Under the pieces are notes generated by a model. It saw only the letters and a list, made by a program, of their open reading frames with translations. It had not been told where the DNA came from and did not search any database. The position numbers and the translations under genes were made by a program. DNA of 64,000 nucleotides from Moniliella sp. 'wahieum' (taxonomy: Eukaryota), in contig RSEE01000043.1 of the NCBI GenBank assembly GCA_003971905.1, positions 372,001-436,000 of the forward strand, given 5' to 3'. Of this stretch, positions 26,961 through 39,900 are shown piece after piece. Within the stretch, counting starts at the first letter, position 1, and every line of letters begins with the position of its first letter.

Positions 26961-29900
26961 GGTGTGCACACAGAAAGGCGGGGGTGGTGAGCCTGCGGGG
27001 CCAAGGGCGCTCGCTGCAAGAAAGGGGCGGGGTATAAAAAGCAAGGCGGCCACAACGTCAGAGTACTTACCCCCATACGAAGTGGGTCCAAACTCACACC
27101 TGCCTCGGGACGCCCACACGCGAATCAAATTGAGCCGGCAAATCCTCAACACAGCCCACGTGCCTGGCCTGTGGCTGAGGCGGTCGTTCAATATGCGATC
27201 CACCTTTTTCTCAGGGGCGGCTTCTCAGCCACTCACTTCTCAGCTGCCAATTTCACAGCTCCGCGCGCAGCACCGGCTACCACCCACACACCGGCGCTAA
27301 GATTCAAATTATAAGAGTCCAGAGCCAGCTATAGTCTTCTGTTTTGGGCGCTATAGATATCCCGTTGCCGCAATCATTGTTAGATTCGGTTCGCAAAACA
27401 ATACTGAAGAAGTATACTTACGCAAAGAAGAGACCACACAAATAGAAAGGGTCATCTCGAGAGTGAAGAGAAATATGTGAACTCTGTGTTCCTCTCTCCT
27501 TCCTCCTCACTGAGAGCTCTTCCGGTGCGCTGATGCAGCGCCTGCGCGGCGAGAGCGGCGCCGTCCCGCATGATTTTATCATATGTACCTTTTCGTCTCT
27601 CGCCCAAACACCAGGTATTATAGGCTCATGGATACGTCTTGCGGATCGTGTGTGGGGGAAAGCATGGCCTGACAAGGGAGCTGGTGTTGTGCATTTTGGA
27701 CCATCTATAAATTGCAGTGTTCAAGTTGAACGTTCAGTTGAACGTTGATCGAAAGGAGACGGTTCTCTCCCTTAGAGTTTGCTTTTTGTGGATTCCCGCT
27801 ATATACGTGTGAGATCAAATCATTAATCATCGACAGTACTGCATAGTGGACAGACTGGACTGTGGTTGTCATCTGTCAGTACTCAGTCTGAGCGTGGGAT
27901 ATGCGCGACCGCACGTGCGATTCGGACGGGATTGGGTTAGTAGACTGACAACAGCTCAAGTCAGCCGACTGGAGGTGCCGACGGTGCAGTGAGACGCCCT
28001 GTGGCCATAAAGCGCGTAGTATGTACAGTCTTTGGCTGTGTTTAAATGTTCAGCTTGTTTCCGGAGTCATTTACCCCGGTCTCGTTTCTCATCGTGTGGT
28101 AGTCACGTCGTCATGTGGTTGCTGCGCTGGATCCACCTGGCCGTAGTCATGAATCAGACGACGCCCACATTGATGCCAAAGCCTCTATACAGGGGAAGCT
28201 GATCACGAGGACGGGGCTAAACGACGAATCTAGGCAGCAGTTTTGAGCCGGCAGAGGAAACTGTCACGGGCGGGCACGACGCCCCCGCGCCCTGGAGGGG
28301 TTTCAGGGTACATCAGTTCCTTAATAAGAAGTCAAAGGGGAGAAGACTACTGATATATGGTTGTTTTGTTGAGCTAAGTGGCTCGTGATTTGGCCAATGT
28401 CCCTTCAGCTCCTCCTCAGGCCTAGGAGTTCCGCTGTTTCCCCTCTGTTTTCCTCCTTGCCCCGCAGCTTAGCCCTGATGGCGACTCGCTGCTTGATGTT
28501 CCTCTGTAGGCATTTTGCGGGTTGCCACACCACCACCACCACCAGTGCGATTGCATCATCCTCGAGGACCATCAGGACTCCAGGTCTCATCATGTTTTGT
28601 GCTTTTGGGCAGGAGTGTGGTGCGTCCGAGCGGAGCAATAGGTACAAGGAGTATAGCCTTTCGGAGTATACAAATGCGGTTACAAGTGTGGCAAGGCTGC
28701 ATATAGCACCGGCTTGGGCGGCAGTAGCGTGTCTGACGCCTTCATCGGGCTCAGGGATGACAGGGGGGGCAGAGTGGAGAGGACAAACACTGCTAGAGCT
28801 GGATCTGAACTGCGACTGGGGGCGGCGCGGCTGGAAGCGGGATCACACGCGGCTAAAAACTGAGCTGGGCTTCGACGTAGCACCTGGGAGGCATACGCGA
28901 ATTGGGTCGTTTGAGGCACGGAGAGCTGATGAAGACGGAAGCTGGAGGACGAGGACGGGATGCGGAGGTTGTCAGGAGACGGAGATGGGGGAAAGGGTGC
29001 AGATGGATTGCATACATCTATGGACGCAGAGGAGGTATATGACCTCCTCAGGAAGGGGGCACAGTCGAGAGGTGGACACAGGATCTCCCAACTGATAGGA
29101 ATCACGCCATAGTGCCCATACGGGCCTAGTGGGCAAGGGCCCCCTAGCACGGTGTGATTCTGACAGAGGTGCAACCAAAAGAGGAGGAGTTGCCTGTACT
29201 TGGTTGATCAAATTGGCGAGGAGAAAAGATATATGACGAGAAGCCACAATGGATCGTTGGGGAAAACCAACACGAACCATAATTAAATTGCTAAAACAGT
29301 AGGCAGGGACTATTAATAGGGAAACAACGCACTAGAGGAAGAACGGGGGACAGGGGAAACAGGTGAGACAGTTGCCGCAAGGACAACCTAAAAGGTAAAA
29401 GGTAAACGGACAAGGCGCGACTATCGTCAAAAAGGATACTGACAATCCGGTAAAGCCTGTAAAGCGAATATTGTCGCGCGGATACATAGGACTGATGGCC
29501 GCTCGGGCCACCGCGCGGTTGAGGCTGAATGGGAACGGACTCTGCCAGGCTTTGGGGTAGAGACTCCAGGCTTCGGCTTTAACCAGATCAGATCACAACT
29601 CCGAGACCCTCTCACGCCTTACTATAGTTACTAGGTAATTTCCCCATTTTCCACTCCAAAACAAGGAGAGGTGACCGGTGACGGCATATTTCGTGACACA
29701 ATCACGCTTCTCTTTTCACCAAGGGGTCCTCACGCTTATTATTAAGGTAACGGCTTCCCTACCCCCCCAACACCTCGGGGGAGGGGATAAAGGAGTATAT
29801 TACGCTTTACGGACGGATACCGTCGCGTTGATGGCGGTTAGCGTGCGGTTATGTAGTTAAGAAAGCGCACTTTATTTTTTGATGGCACAAAAAAAGCCCA

Positions 29901-30607
29901 GCCAAGCGCGAATAAGAGGCATGCTTTTCGATTTGTTTTCAAGCTAGCTTCATATCAGTATCACATGTCACTGGTCCGGTCATTAGATAATTGGGGCTTG
30001 TGCGCTAGTGCGCAATAATCGATAATCGATAAGGGTTAGGCCGGTTACGAACCAACCGGTATAGCCGCTACAATCCTGAAAGAGCTCGTTCGAGCACCCA
30101 GACGGAGAGAATAAGTGTGCTACTGTCTGGTCCTGGTGATGCCGGTGATGTGCTCACATGTCACATGCTCTGATGGGTGGTTTCGGTGTCCTAGTGGTAT
30201 CGCGTTGTGGGCCCGGCAGGCCCAGATCTCCGAAGTGGAAAAAGCTGGGAATCGCAATCGATAAGCGATAGCTATTGGGTCGATAAATTATCGGCATCAA
30301 TAACTCATCGAGCCATTAATCATTACAACCGCCCTCAGGTGGCCTTAGGCCTTACTCTCGGCCTCAGGAAAAGACGCCCGGAGCACCTGTATCCATGAGC
30401 GGAATTATTTCCGTTTTTCCCGCATCCGCGCTGTGACCGGTGACCTTCAAGCGTCATATCACTTGCAAAGCTAATATCATTTGCAAGCCTAAGACAGGAA
30501 CAAAGAACCCAACGTATAAGCGGACTGAAAGTCCGAACCCTTCGCGTTCGTGCGCCCCCGAGTTCAGCTTTGCTTCCTTCTCTCCCACCACCACTTGCTA
30601 CTTCGCC

Positions 30608-32055
30608 ATGCCGCTCGCTGGTGTGCTCGTTTTCATCCGCCACGGCGACCGCCAGGGCTTTACCAATCCCCCACCACCTACACTGCAGTCAAGACCAATC
30701 TTACCACGCTCGGTGCGCTGGAGCAGTACCGCAATGGGGCCGACCTACGCGCCAAGTACATCACCTCCACTGACGACCTGCACATTGCCGGTATCAACGA
30801 AACCAAACCCAGGGCTTTGAGATGTCGGTGGTAGCTGACGGGGGCGGAGAGGGGTCGGTCATTATCGATTCGGCTCAGGCCTTGTTCCAGGGTCTTTATC
30901 CCCCTTCAAAGAGATGCAGTTGCTGGCGAACGGCTCGGTTGTTGCCTGGCCCAATCGCGCCCAGGTACAGGACATGGAGACTGTCGAGGCGGATGAACAA
31001 CTCTGGTTTGAGGGATACACGTCCTGCAATACCTGGACCAAGCGCTTGAACACATGGTACAACAGTACTGCCTTTCTCAACGCGCAAAAGGAGGCACAGC
31101 CCTTCTTTGATAAGATCAAGCCCTGGTTGGTGACCGCAAGGTCGACATGGCGTCCATGTGGAACGTATGGGATTACATTAACGTGAACAACATCCACAAT
31201 CCCACCTTTGCCGCAGCGTTCGACCAGGACCCCACCTTGCTCCCGCAGGCTCGGTACTGGGGCAGCTACCACGAGTCGGGCTCCTTTTCCGATCCAGACA
31301 AGTCGAACATTGGCAATGTACCGGGCACGGCGTTCCTTCCTTGCTGCTTGACTCTCTCCAGACGTTGGCCAATGCCAGCGAAGGGGTCAAGTGGGTTACG
31401 CTTGCCGGCGCTTACAAACCCTTCTTGGCCCTGGGTTCACTGATGGAAAATACCAACCTGGAGCAAAACGTGGTGGATTATGCATCCTCGCTCGTCTTTG
31501 AGGTGAATCAGAACGGGACCGTCAACATTTTGCTCCGCAATGGCTCCATCGCCGCCGACTGGTCTCCTGTCCCTGTGTTTGGGGGGAGCAACTCGCTCCC
31601 GCTCACTGACCTGGTGAACAAGCTTCAGCCATACGCCATTACACCCGGCGCAGTGGTGCGATGCCTGTCAGACCACCGACGCCCGCGGCTGCGATGTGTT
31701 GGCCAAGTACAATGGGACGGGCGGAGGGCTATTCGTCGATCACCTCCACCTTGGGCCGGCATCGCGTCTCACCCGTCGTGGCGGGTGTGATTGGTGCGAT
31801 GGTCACGTTGGCCGTGTGGGCATCTTGGCGGTGGTAGGTTTCTTTGTGTGGACCCTGCTCGCTTCCCCGCGGCGGGGACACAAGGCCAAGTCCTCCATTG
31901 CCCCCAGTGAGGCCTATGGTCCGGACTCGGCTGCCTCCACCGCCATCCCACTTCGCGCCAGCTCGCATCCGAGCTCCTTTGCCCACTCGGATCATCCCAC
32001 CCAGGGGTCGGAGCAGGGTCGAGACCACAAGGTCGGCGAGTCCTTTGAGGCGTGA
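30608..32055 (+). CDS. Histidine (acid) phosphatase family protein with C-terminal TM helix
   Basis: VFIRHGDRQG signature; SMWNVWDYINV; many N-X-S/T sequons; hydrophobic segment near 31770-31850. Confidence 0.85.
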
Positions 32056-32859
32056 TCGGCCGGCCCTAACCTTTTTCGTTTTTCCGGGCTACTAGTATCC
32101 AGCACAGCTGCAGGGGACGTATATATATACCCTTGGGCTTTGAACCTTGAGACTTGGACACCTCCGTGTGAACACAAAGACAGTAAGAGAGGACCTCGGC
32201 TCGAACGCATACCGGTACGGAGGGGGACGTTCCTACCCTTTCGCTGTACTAGACAATAGTCCAAGGTTTGGAGACGATGAAGTCTGTAATAAGAGCAGGG
32301 CGCGCATTGCTTAGCACCCTCTCCGTCCATTACGGCACCAGTGCTGGTGTCCTCCCGTGTTTGGTGGGCGTATGCGTGGTCGAGAACGATTGGCTGTAGG
32401 CGCATGTCATCTACACATGGAGCATCCATTCGTGTGGTACAGGTAGATGGTGTGCAGGTCGCAGGCCAGTAGAAACATTTTCATATACTATCCATATCAT
32501 GCCTGTCGGAGAATAGCTCAATTGCCACGAAAGGGGTCGGGGAATAGGAGCGACAGAAGAGCCACTACATAAAACTACTTCAGCAAAGGACCCACGGTGG
32601 GACAAAAAATGAGATGAATGCAGAAGCGGACAAAGAGCGCGATCAACACGTATCAAAGTCTGAAGAGCGAGGCGAGGGTCATATACGCACCATGTGCGCA
32701 CAGGAATGGTGCCCAAGGACCCTCGATCGTAATGTCGGTTGGGGGGAGAACCGAATGAGGTGTTAGGGGGGTTATACATGTGAATAATTGTAGTAGAGAG
32801 AGAAAAACAACATTGGGAAAGAAGCGGGGAGAGGGTTCGAGCTGTTCAAGGTTCAAGGT

Positions 32860-33003
32860 TCATACGCGCTCCGCGTAGCGCAGGCTCGCATTGCACATGG
32901 GGCACCAACTCTGGCTTCCGCTCGCCACGATTCCGCACTTTGGGTTGGGGCAGCGGACAGGCTCACTGCCGTAGTTGACCAGAGATTGATGAGGGCAAGT
33001 CAT
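32860..33003 (-). CDS. 47-aa Cys-rich zinc-ribbon-like microprotein (putative)
   Basis: Hand-translated MTCPHQSLVNYGSEPVRCPNPKCGIVASGSQSWCPMCNASLRYAERV*. It is preceded by a pyrimidine-rich leader and a TATATAAA near 33306-33299 on the minus strand. Confidence 0.6.
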   Translation of the reverse strand: MTCPHQSLVNYGSEPVRCPNPKCGIVASGSQSWCPMCNASLRYAERV

Positions 33004-35129
33004 GCTGGTGGAGAAGGGAAAATGGAGAGCTGGGGGCTGGTGTGACGTCGTGTGAGGAGAAGGTGAAGTTGCGAACGGGGGGGGGGGGGGGGGGGATAAG
33101 AAGTAGTAGTAGTAATGGAAACAACGTCAGTTTCTAGCAAGGATCGGATGGGAGAGGGTAATCGAACGAACAGTGGAAGAAAGGAGAAGCCTGTTATGGC
33201 GAGAAGAGCTGGGTCGAGAGAGAAAAGGGGAGCTGGTGTCGATGAGGATGCTGTAAAGAGACAATGTTGGGCCTCTCGCACCCCACACTCATTTCTTCTT
33301 TATATATCTGTTTGTAGAGAGCGGGGATGGCGTGGCAATGATTCATGAGATTCGGCATAGCAGCTGCGTGAGTGCCGGAGGCGGAGATGGGTAGTCGATA
33401 CTTTGGTCACTGCAAGAAGGTTTCCTGTATGGGGCATGGGGCGGGTATAATTATGCGAGAGAGGGTCGACACACACGTCAACTGTGTGATCCAACAGCAC
33501 ACACACCCGATGCGTGCGGAGCGTGCTGAGCGCTGAGCTGAGGCTACCTGGTCAGGGTGGCCAATGATCCAGTCCATCGCGCTCAGCCCCAACATGAAGT
33601 GGACAGGAAGGCATGGCGCTTGTCTGCCACGAGTCGGTCTTGCGTTGGCGGGAGTCCTTGGCCTGGTAGCTGGCCAGTACAAAAAGCTGTGGGTAACCCG
33701 ACAGCGCGGCCAGTGGAACAGCATGACGCGCGAGATGCGGGGTCGGCAGGGGGGCAGTGCGCCCCCTGGGCTTCGGTGGCGCCCCTATCCAGGCGAGGGG
33801 GGCGTCTTGCGTTATATACGCAGCGCCGTGGCGCAGCATCTCTGAGACCTGGGCCCAGCCCCCGGTCTCAGCCTTCCGGATTTCGCCGGGCAGGAAACAC
33901 CACCACATCATACGCACTGGGGATGGATCAGCACAAAGTGTGGGGGTGGCTGCAGCCTACTACAGCGGGGGGACTGATGATCATCATGCATCATGCATCA
34001 TGCGTCATTAATCCGTCATTCCAAAAGGTCGGTAGTCGCATGGGCTTTTGTGTACCACAACAGAAGCAGTGGGGCAGTGGGACGAGACGTGCGCATTCCA
34101 CTGGCATCCTCTTTGTATTGAGAGCATCCCCACAAATGCGAACGAACGCATCCCGAATTGTTGGTCGCAAAAGCCACATCATCCATCATGCATCAGAATG
34201 CGAGCTCGAGTTACACTGGGAGCACTGGTTTAGTTACTCCGCGCCACTCCTGACTACCAGAGCGACTCTTGACTCGTATGCCTCGATACTCCGTCTGGCG
34301 CATACTCGCACTATACTCAGTACTCATCGCATAACAGGCTAAACATCGTTTCGCTGGCTCACAGTCCTCCTCGTTCTCCTATCCCCCCCCACTTCCACAC
34401 GCTGTGCTTAGCGCTTATCACCAGCTTTGACTGACGCTGGACGATCTCTTTCGTACGTGACCTTATCTCGTAAAATACGAGCGGTGAGGTTACCACGTAG
34501 GATCCGTATCAGCCGTATCAACCAGCGTTCAACGTTCAGGGGAGCAGCGGTTCACAGCGGCTCAACGCTTTTAGCCCTCTCGTTCTTCTGGCTGTCGATC
34601 ATCAACGTCACCAACGTTCAACCACCATGCTCCACATCATACGCATTCAGAATCATGCAGGGACGCCCGACCCCGACGACGTCGGATGTTGCCCACTGGT
34701 ATCTTCCCTTGCTTCGCTCTGACATTTTCAACCCGCGTTGGCCAAGCATCAGTCGTATCACCTTCTAAGACCGTTCATTAATCATGCGACTGGAACGGGA
34801 ACCGATAATCGGTAAACCTGGAAACCGTAACTGGCAGCCAGTCAGAACCTCAACTGTTCACCTTCAAGATGACGAGAACGCGTTGTTGTTGCTGTTGTAT
34901 CTGTCCATACTGGAGACTAAAGAGGGCATAATCGGTACTATGGCAGGTGTGCCCCGACCCAATCTGCTCCTACGCTTCAAAGGAGAAGGCAGGAAGAGCA
35001 ATGAGAGGTGAGGGGTGAGATGCTAGCACATGGAATTGTAGACACATGCGACAAGAATGTGGAGGAATCGAGGTGTAACCACAAGGGAGACCAGTGAATT
35101 GCGCGTTCCAGATCGAGCCATCGGGGCGG

Positions 35130-36154
35130 TTAGAGGTCAGCTTGAGGTCCAACGACGTTCTCTGTAAGTTGAAGTAACAGTTTGGGAAGCACCTGTGGAG
35201 AAGGTTAGGATTTACTCAAAGCCAGTGGGAGAGGAAGGGGGGCGCACATTGTACTCGGGTCCCATGATCTGGACAAAGACAAAGTAAAGGAACATGAGGA
35301 GGACGACGGCAAAGCCAAATGGCGAACGTGAATAGATATCTTTCCCACACGAATGAAGGTGCCTTCTCTCCATTGCGCCAGTGATCCCACGTGTCGCTCC
35401 CGGTTGGAGACGGGACGGGCGCACGTTCCACTCAATCATCTTCTGGGACGGAAGATGGTAAATCGCCAGGGTGGGAGCAGCAATGATGTTGAGTTTGCCA
35501 GCCAGGTGAACGCGGGAAAAGGGACGGAGGTACGCCTCGCCCGAAGTGTCAGTCTCGAAAGCGTTTCAATGTCGGTTTCCCCACCAAGGAGGAAATCCTC
35601 GCCATTGTAATAGGCCGAATGGTCCGCCTCTTCCGCCGGGTCGCCGGAGGAACCATCGTTCCACACCATTGAGACCCACGGCCTCCCCCGCGTCCCGGCC
35701 TTGTACCAGTTCTCGTCCACATCCACGCTGACATAGATGGCCTTGAACCCGTGTGGATGCTCACGGCAAAAATCGGAGATGCGCTGGACGGGCCTAGGTC
35801 AGCCCCGACTTCCACTTCGATCGAGAACAACGACGTACCTGATGATACTCCTTGAGCGCTGCCCCCCCCATTCGGAGGAAAAGTAAAAACCCAACACATT
35901 TCACATCCTTGTTAAAGTGCTTGCGCAGGTCGACGGGCTCACCGGACGAATGAACCAGACGCAAACGCCTGAGCAGAGGATCGGGGTGCTGGAACTGCTC
36001 GGGGGGGCAACTTGCGGTATTCCTTGGCGCTCGGCTTGAGGGCGCTTCGGAGTGGGGTGCCGGCACTGGTATCCGTCTCCCCCTTCTCCTTCTCACCGGC
36101 TGTATCTCCTTCCAGGTTGAAGGAGACGCTATGCTTGGGCTCGGTACTGGTCAT
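35130..36154 (-). CDS. Thioredoxin-fold (nucleoredoxin/tryparedoxin-like) protein lacking CxxC, with C-terminal TM
   Basis: QHPDPLLRRLRL..VKCVGF(YFSSEW); FKAIYVSVDVDE; RPWVSMVW; LASKLNIIAAPTLAIYH; TM FGFAVVLLMFLYFVFVQI. Introns at about 35838..35794 and 35247..35192. Confidence 0.7.
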
Positions 36155-36904
36155 GGCGCTGGGAGAAGAAGCGGTGGAGAGAGGGGGGAACGCGCAGGCA
36201 GGTTTGGAAGCGTTGGTGCGTGTTGGGACTGGCAAGCGCATGCTCCGCGGCGGAGACGGGCTTATGTAATGGCGGGCTGTCAACCTGGTTTCACCGAGGA
36301 GATCACTGGCGAATCCCCAGGCGACCTGTGATTGATCACGTGCCACATGTCACCTCGCGCTCTGCGCTCGCGCTCAGGCTGTGCACTCGGCCTGAGTGGC
36401 TGAGCTCAGCAGGACTCGGCCCTGTTCGGGTGGAAGCGCTATACAAGCGGACATAAACCGCCACTTTGCCGCGGCCCTGTTCAGAGCATGCTCAGCACCC
36501 TCGCAGCCTCGGCATCCATTACACCAACACATCGGAGGAGGACCTCCTCTATCCGAACATCAGTTCAACTGGATGCATGCGTTCCATGGTCCTTCTGCCA
36601 TCTTCTTTAGAGGAGGGGTAGGCCATTGGTTATTCGATGCATGCACAGCTGCACAAAGTGTGATCATCCGAACTTGAATGCGCCGCAGGAAGCCATGCCA
36701 GGTGCGCTCGAGCATGGGGCGACAAGGAGTACACCAGAGCATCCTAATATCGCGACAGGCTCGAGGACGGGCGCAGGGCGATAAACGGGGGGGAAAGGTA
36801 CAGCGCGGAGAGAGGGTAAATGGGAGGGCCAACCAACGTTCCCGAAATGGTCACGAAGCGAACGTTTGTGCATCGGGGAAATAGTGGTCGAGCCCTCCAG
36901 CTAG

Positions 36905-38088
36905 TCAAGCCATAGGACCGAAAATCAGACAAATTGGCGCCACAAGGGCAGGTTTTTTTTTACTTGGGAGACGGCGCCTCGGGAGTCCCATACCCCCATC
37001 CCCTGCGGCCACGAGAAGGGACGCTTTCCAACGGGTTATCCTCGCTAGCTCGCATCGATGCTGATGGTGGCGACACCTTGAATGCTGAATCATCGTCCCG
37101 ATAAATGCCTTGGTACTGCAAGTAGGACGCACGTCTTCGCCGCTGCTTCCGTCATGGTACGCAGGGTAAGACCCTCGTGAGACAAGCGGTTTCCATTGCG
37201 AGCTCGGCCGGTAGGCCGGGAGCGAGACCTTCCCGCTTGTGCGGCCAGGCGAGCCGATTTCTTCCTTCCCAGCTCGGCTTGGGCATCGTCCGCTTCACGA
37301 GAGCGAGAGTAGCGCAGAGAATTACCCCGTCCAATTGACTGGACCCGCCGGGCGCCCGAGAGGGTGCGCTGCATTTCGCCCTCTTGACTGCGACGGTGGC
37401 TGGGTCGAGGGGCGCATCGATGCTGTAGATAGAGCTTCCTCGGGAATGGTGTCGGTCCGCACGGGCGCGACGAGAGTAACGGGAATTGCGGTTGGGGTTC
37501 GGGTCGCTGGCGGAGGGCCTACCGTAGGGCGGAGGGGAGGGAAGAGTGCTGCTCCCGCTTGGTGCGGGTTGGATCGTACTGCAGGTCGTCAGCGCCACCC
37601 AAAGGGGCAGCAGCAGCGAGTAAGGGCTCGGCAAAAAACTGACGGCTCCCATTAGGTGAGTTGGAGGAGCTAGCCGCCGGAGTGCGGACGTAGCTGGCTT
37701 TGGGCATGGGCAGAGGGTCCAAGACGCCCTGTTTTCCCTGCAGTGTGCTGGCGAATGCGGGGGTGCGCAGCCCACTGGACCTTGGGCTGGGGCGAGAGAA
37801 AGGCAAGACAGCTTCCTGGGGGGTGCACGCTGGTGGGGCCAGGATTTGGCTGAGGCCAATCAGGCCAAAAAAGAGCACAATCAGACCCACCAGGAGCGCC
37901 ACGATAAAGATGAGGCTGATGCCCGAACGGCCATCCCAGGTCCAGATGCGGCTGCCGTGGACGTCTTTGTGCGTATAGGCAACATAGTTGGTCGAGGTGG
38001 GACTGACGGACGACTGGCTGCCGCTGGAGATGGAGGAGGAGGCATCAGCGGCCAAGCGAAGCACGTGCGTCGCGTGTAGCGCAGGCAT
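36905..38088 (-). CDS. Hypothetical single-pass membrane protein
   Basis: MPALHATHVLRLAA, a Ser-rich segment, TM ISLIFIVALLVGLIVLFFGLIGL, then a long Ser/Pro/Arg-rich tail spread over frameshifted ORFs. Confidence 0.6.
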
Positions 38089-39900
38089 GGTGGAAAGGGA
38101 GAGGGGGCGACTCGGCCGGAGACTCGCGATGGGAACCGGCTGGGCAGGGCGCAGCCAGTGGAAAGAAGGGGCGCGCCCGCACGAGACAAGATGGGCGGAG
38201 CGGACGTGGGTGGCCGGAGGCGGAGAGAAGTGGTAGTGGGAGGGGGGCATTCGATCGTAACCCACCGAGGCCAAGTGGCCCCGGCGGAGAGCTGCGGAGG
38301 GAGGGACGGGTGAGGATGGAAGTGCGATGGCTGATACATGAAGCAAGCTGAAGCTAAGCGTATGGTGCAAGGCGGATGGAGCATGATGCTGTGCGTCGGC
38401 AGCGAGCTGGTGCGACGCTCGGGTGTGGGATGAGGTGGGCCAGTCGGACATTGGGCGCCGGGCACGGGGCACTGGCGCCGTGCAAGGCGCAATATACAAG
38501 TACCCCGATGTGACATGTGATATGTGAACGTTGAACACGAATGCTGGGCCCCAGCAGCTCAGCCTGCGCCTCAGCCCAAGCAACTCGGAACTTGCTGTGG
38601 CGACACATCCGCCACCGCGGCACTGAAGGACTCAAGTCACTCAAGTACTGAAGCACTGAGATCTGCGATCTGAAGCTGAAGCTTGGTGCTTTTGAAATCT
38701 GAACCTCCAGCTGCCACGCATACACGCGGTCTCCAAGGCTATCTCCTCCAGCACCTCTCGGGCGGTGCACCTTGGCGCTATCCTGATGCACCTGAGCCTG
38801 ACGCAGACAACATGCACCACCCCCCCACCCTTGGAGCTTGGAGGGCGCTCGGTACTCGGTACTCAGTACCTCAGTGTGCCCAGTCGCAGAGTCGCTCAGC
38901 CTGAGCGCTGAGCCACAGCGCAGGAGTTAGCAACCTTGGCGCTCCACGTTCGGGCTTGGCACCCGCCCCGCCCGCAGGTGGGGACACTCAGCCGGTGTTG
39001 CTCAGCGCTCCAGCAGCCCGGCCCCTGCGACCCCCCTGTATGGCGCACGAGGTCTGTTTTTGCCACCCCTAACAATTCAGAATTCAAATACAGAATTCAG
39101 AATTCCTCACATCACCGATTCATCAATCACTAACACTGAGATCATTGAAACGTTATACATCCCGCATGCTGTCTGTGGCATCCTATCCTGGAGAGTGCGA
39201 GCTGCAGCAAATGCCGGATGGGCTCAATATTCAATGAGCTCAATGAGCGAGCAACCTTCTCGCGAACGGCATAGACGACCGAACGTCAAGTTTCGCAACC
39301 TTGGTGTGCGATGTTCTCCAAAGCAAGCTTCCGCCTTCATAAGTTGGAACCTGTTGGTTGGCACTCTGTTCTCACAGCGAAAGAAAACCCAGCCAGATGC
39401 CGCCTTGGTCACATGCACATGTCACACTGGGATAAGCGTACGCCACCCTGGTGGGGGCGTGTGGGCGGCTGTGGGGCTTATTCATGCTTGCGCCAAGATA
39501 GGCCAAGCGCCTCATCGATCGTCACACTCACGCGTCCTTACCACCGCCTCGTCGCTCTCCCATTCCGCTCCGCCATGGTCCTATTCCGCGCTGGGGTAAA
39601 TATGGATGGGCGATTTCATTTTTTATCCCCCTGCGCAGGCGTGCACGGGTGCACGGGCCTGGGAACACACGTCACACTGCCCCCTTGCTCGGTGGTGTGC
39701 TGGGACGGGGCAGGCGGGGCGCGGGCACAGGGGCACTTGCTTACGCGCCGACGCGCAGCACATGTCAGCCAGCCTGATTCCAGCCGGATCATGTCAGCCG
39801 CGGCCCGTAGTTCGCAGCATCGTCCCAACGTCTCCTGCCTTGGCCCGTTCCGCGGCCATCCTTGGCTTTGCGCCCCCACCTCCTGAGCTCCGCGGCCGCC

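Noticed and set aside
30031..30040. Telomere-like AGGGTTAGG
   Set aside because: A single partial unit with no array and no telomerase-RNA context.
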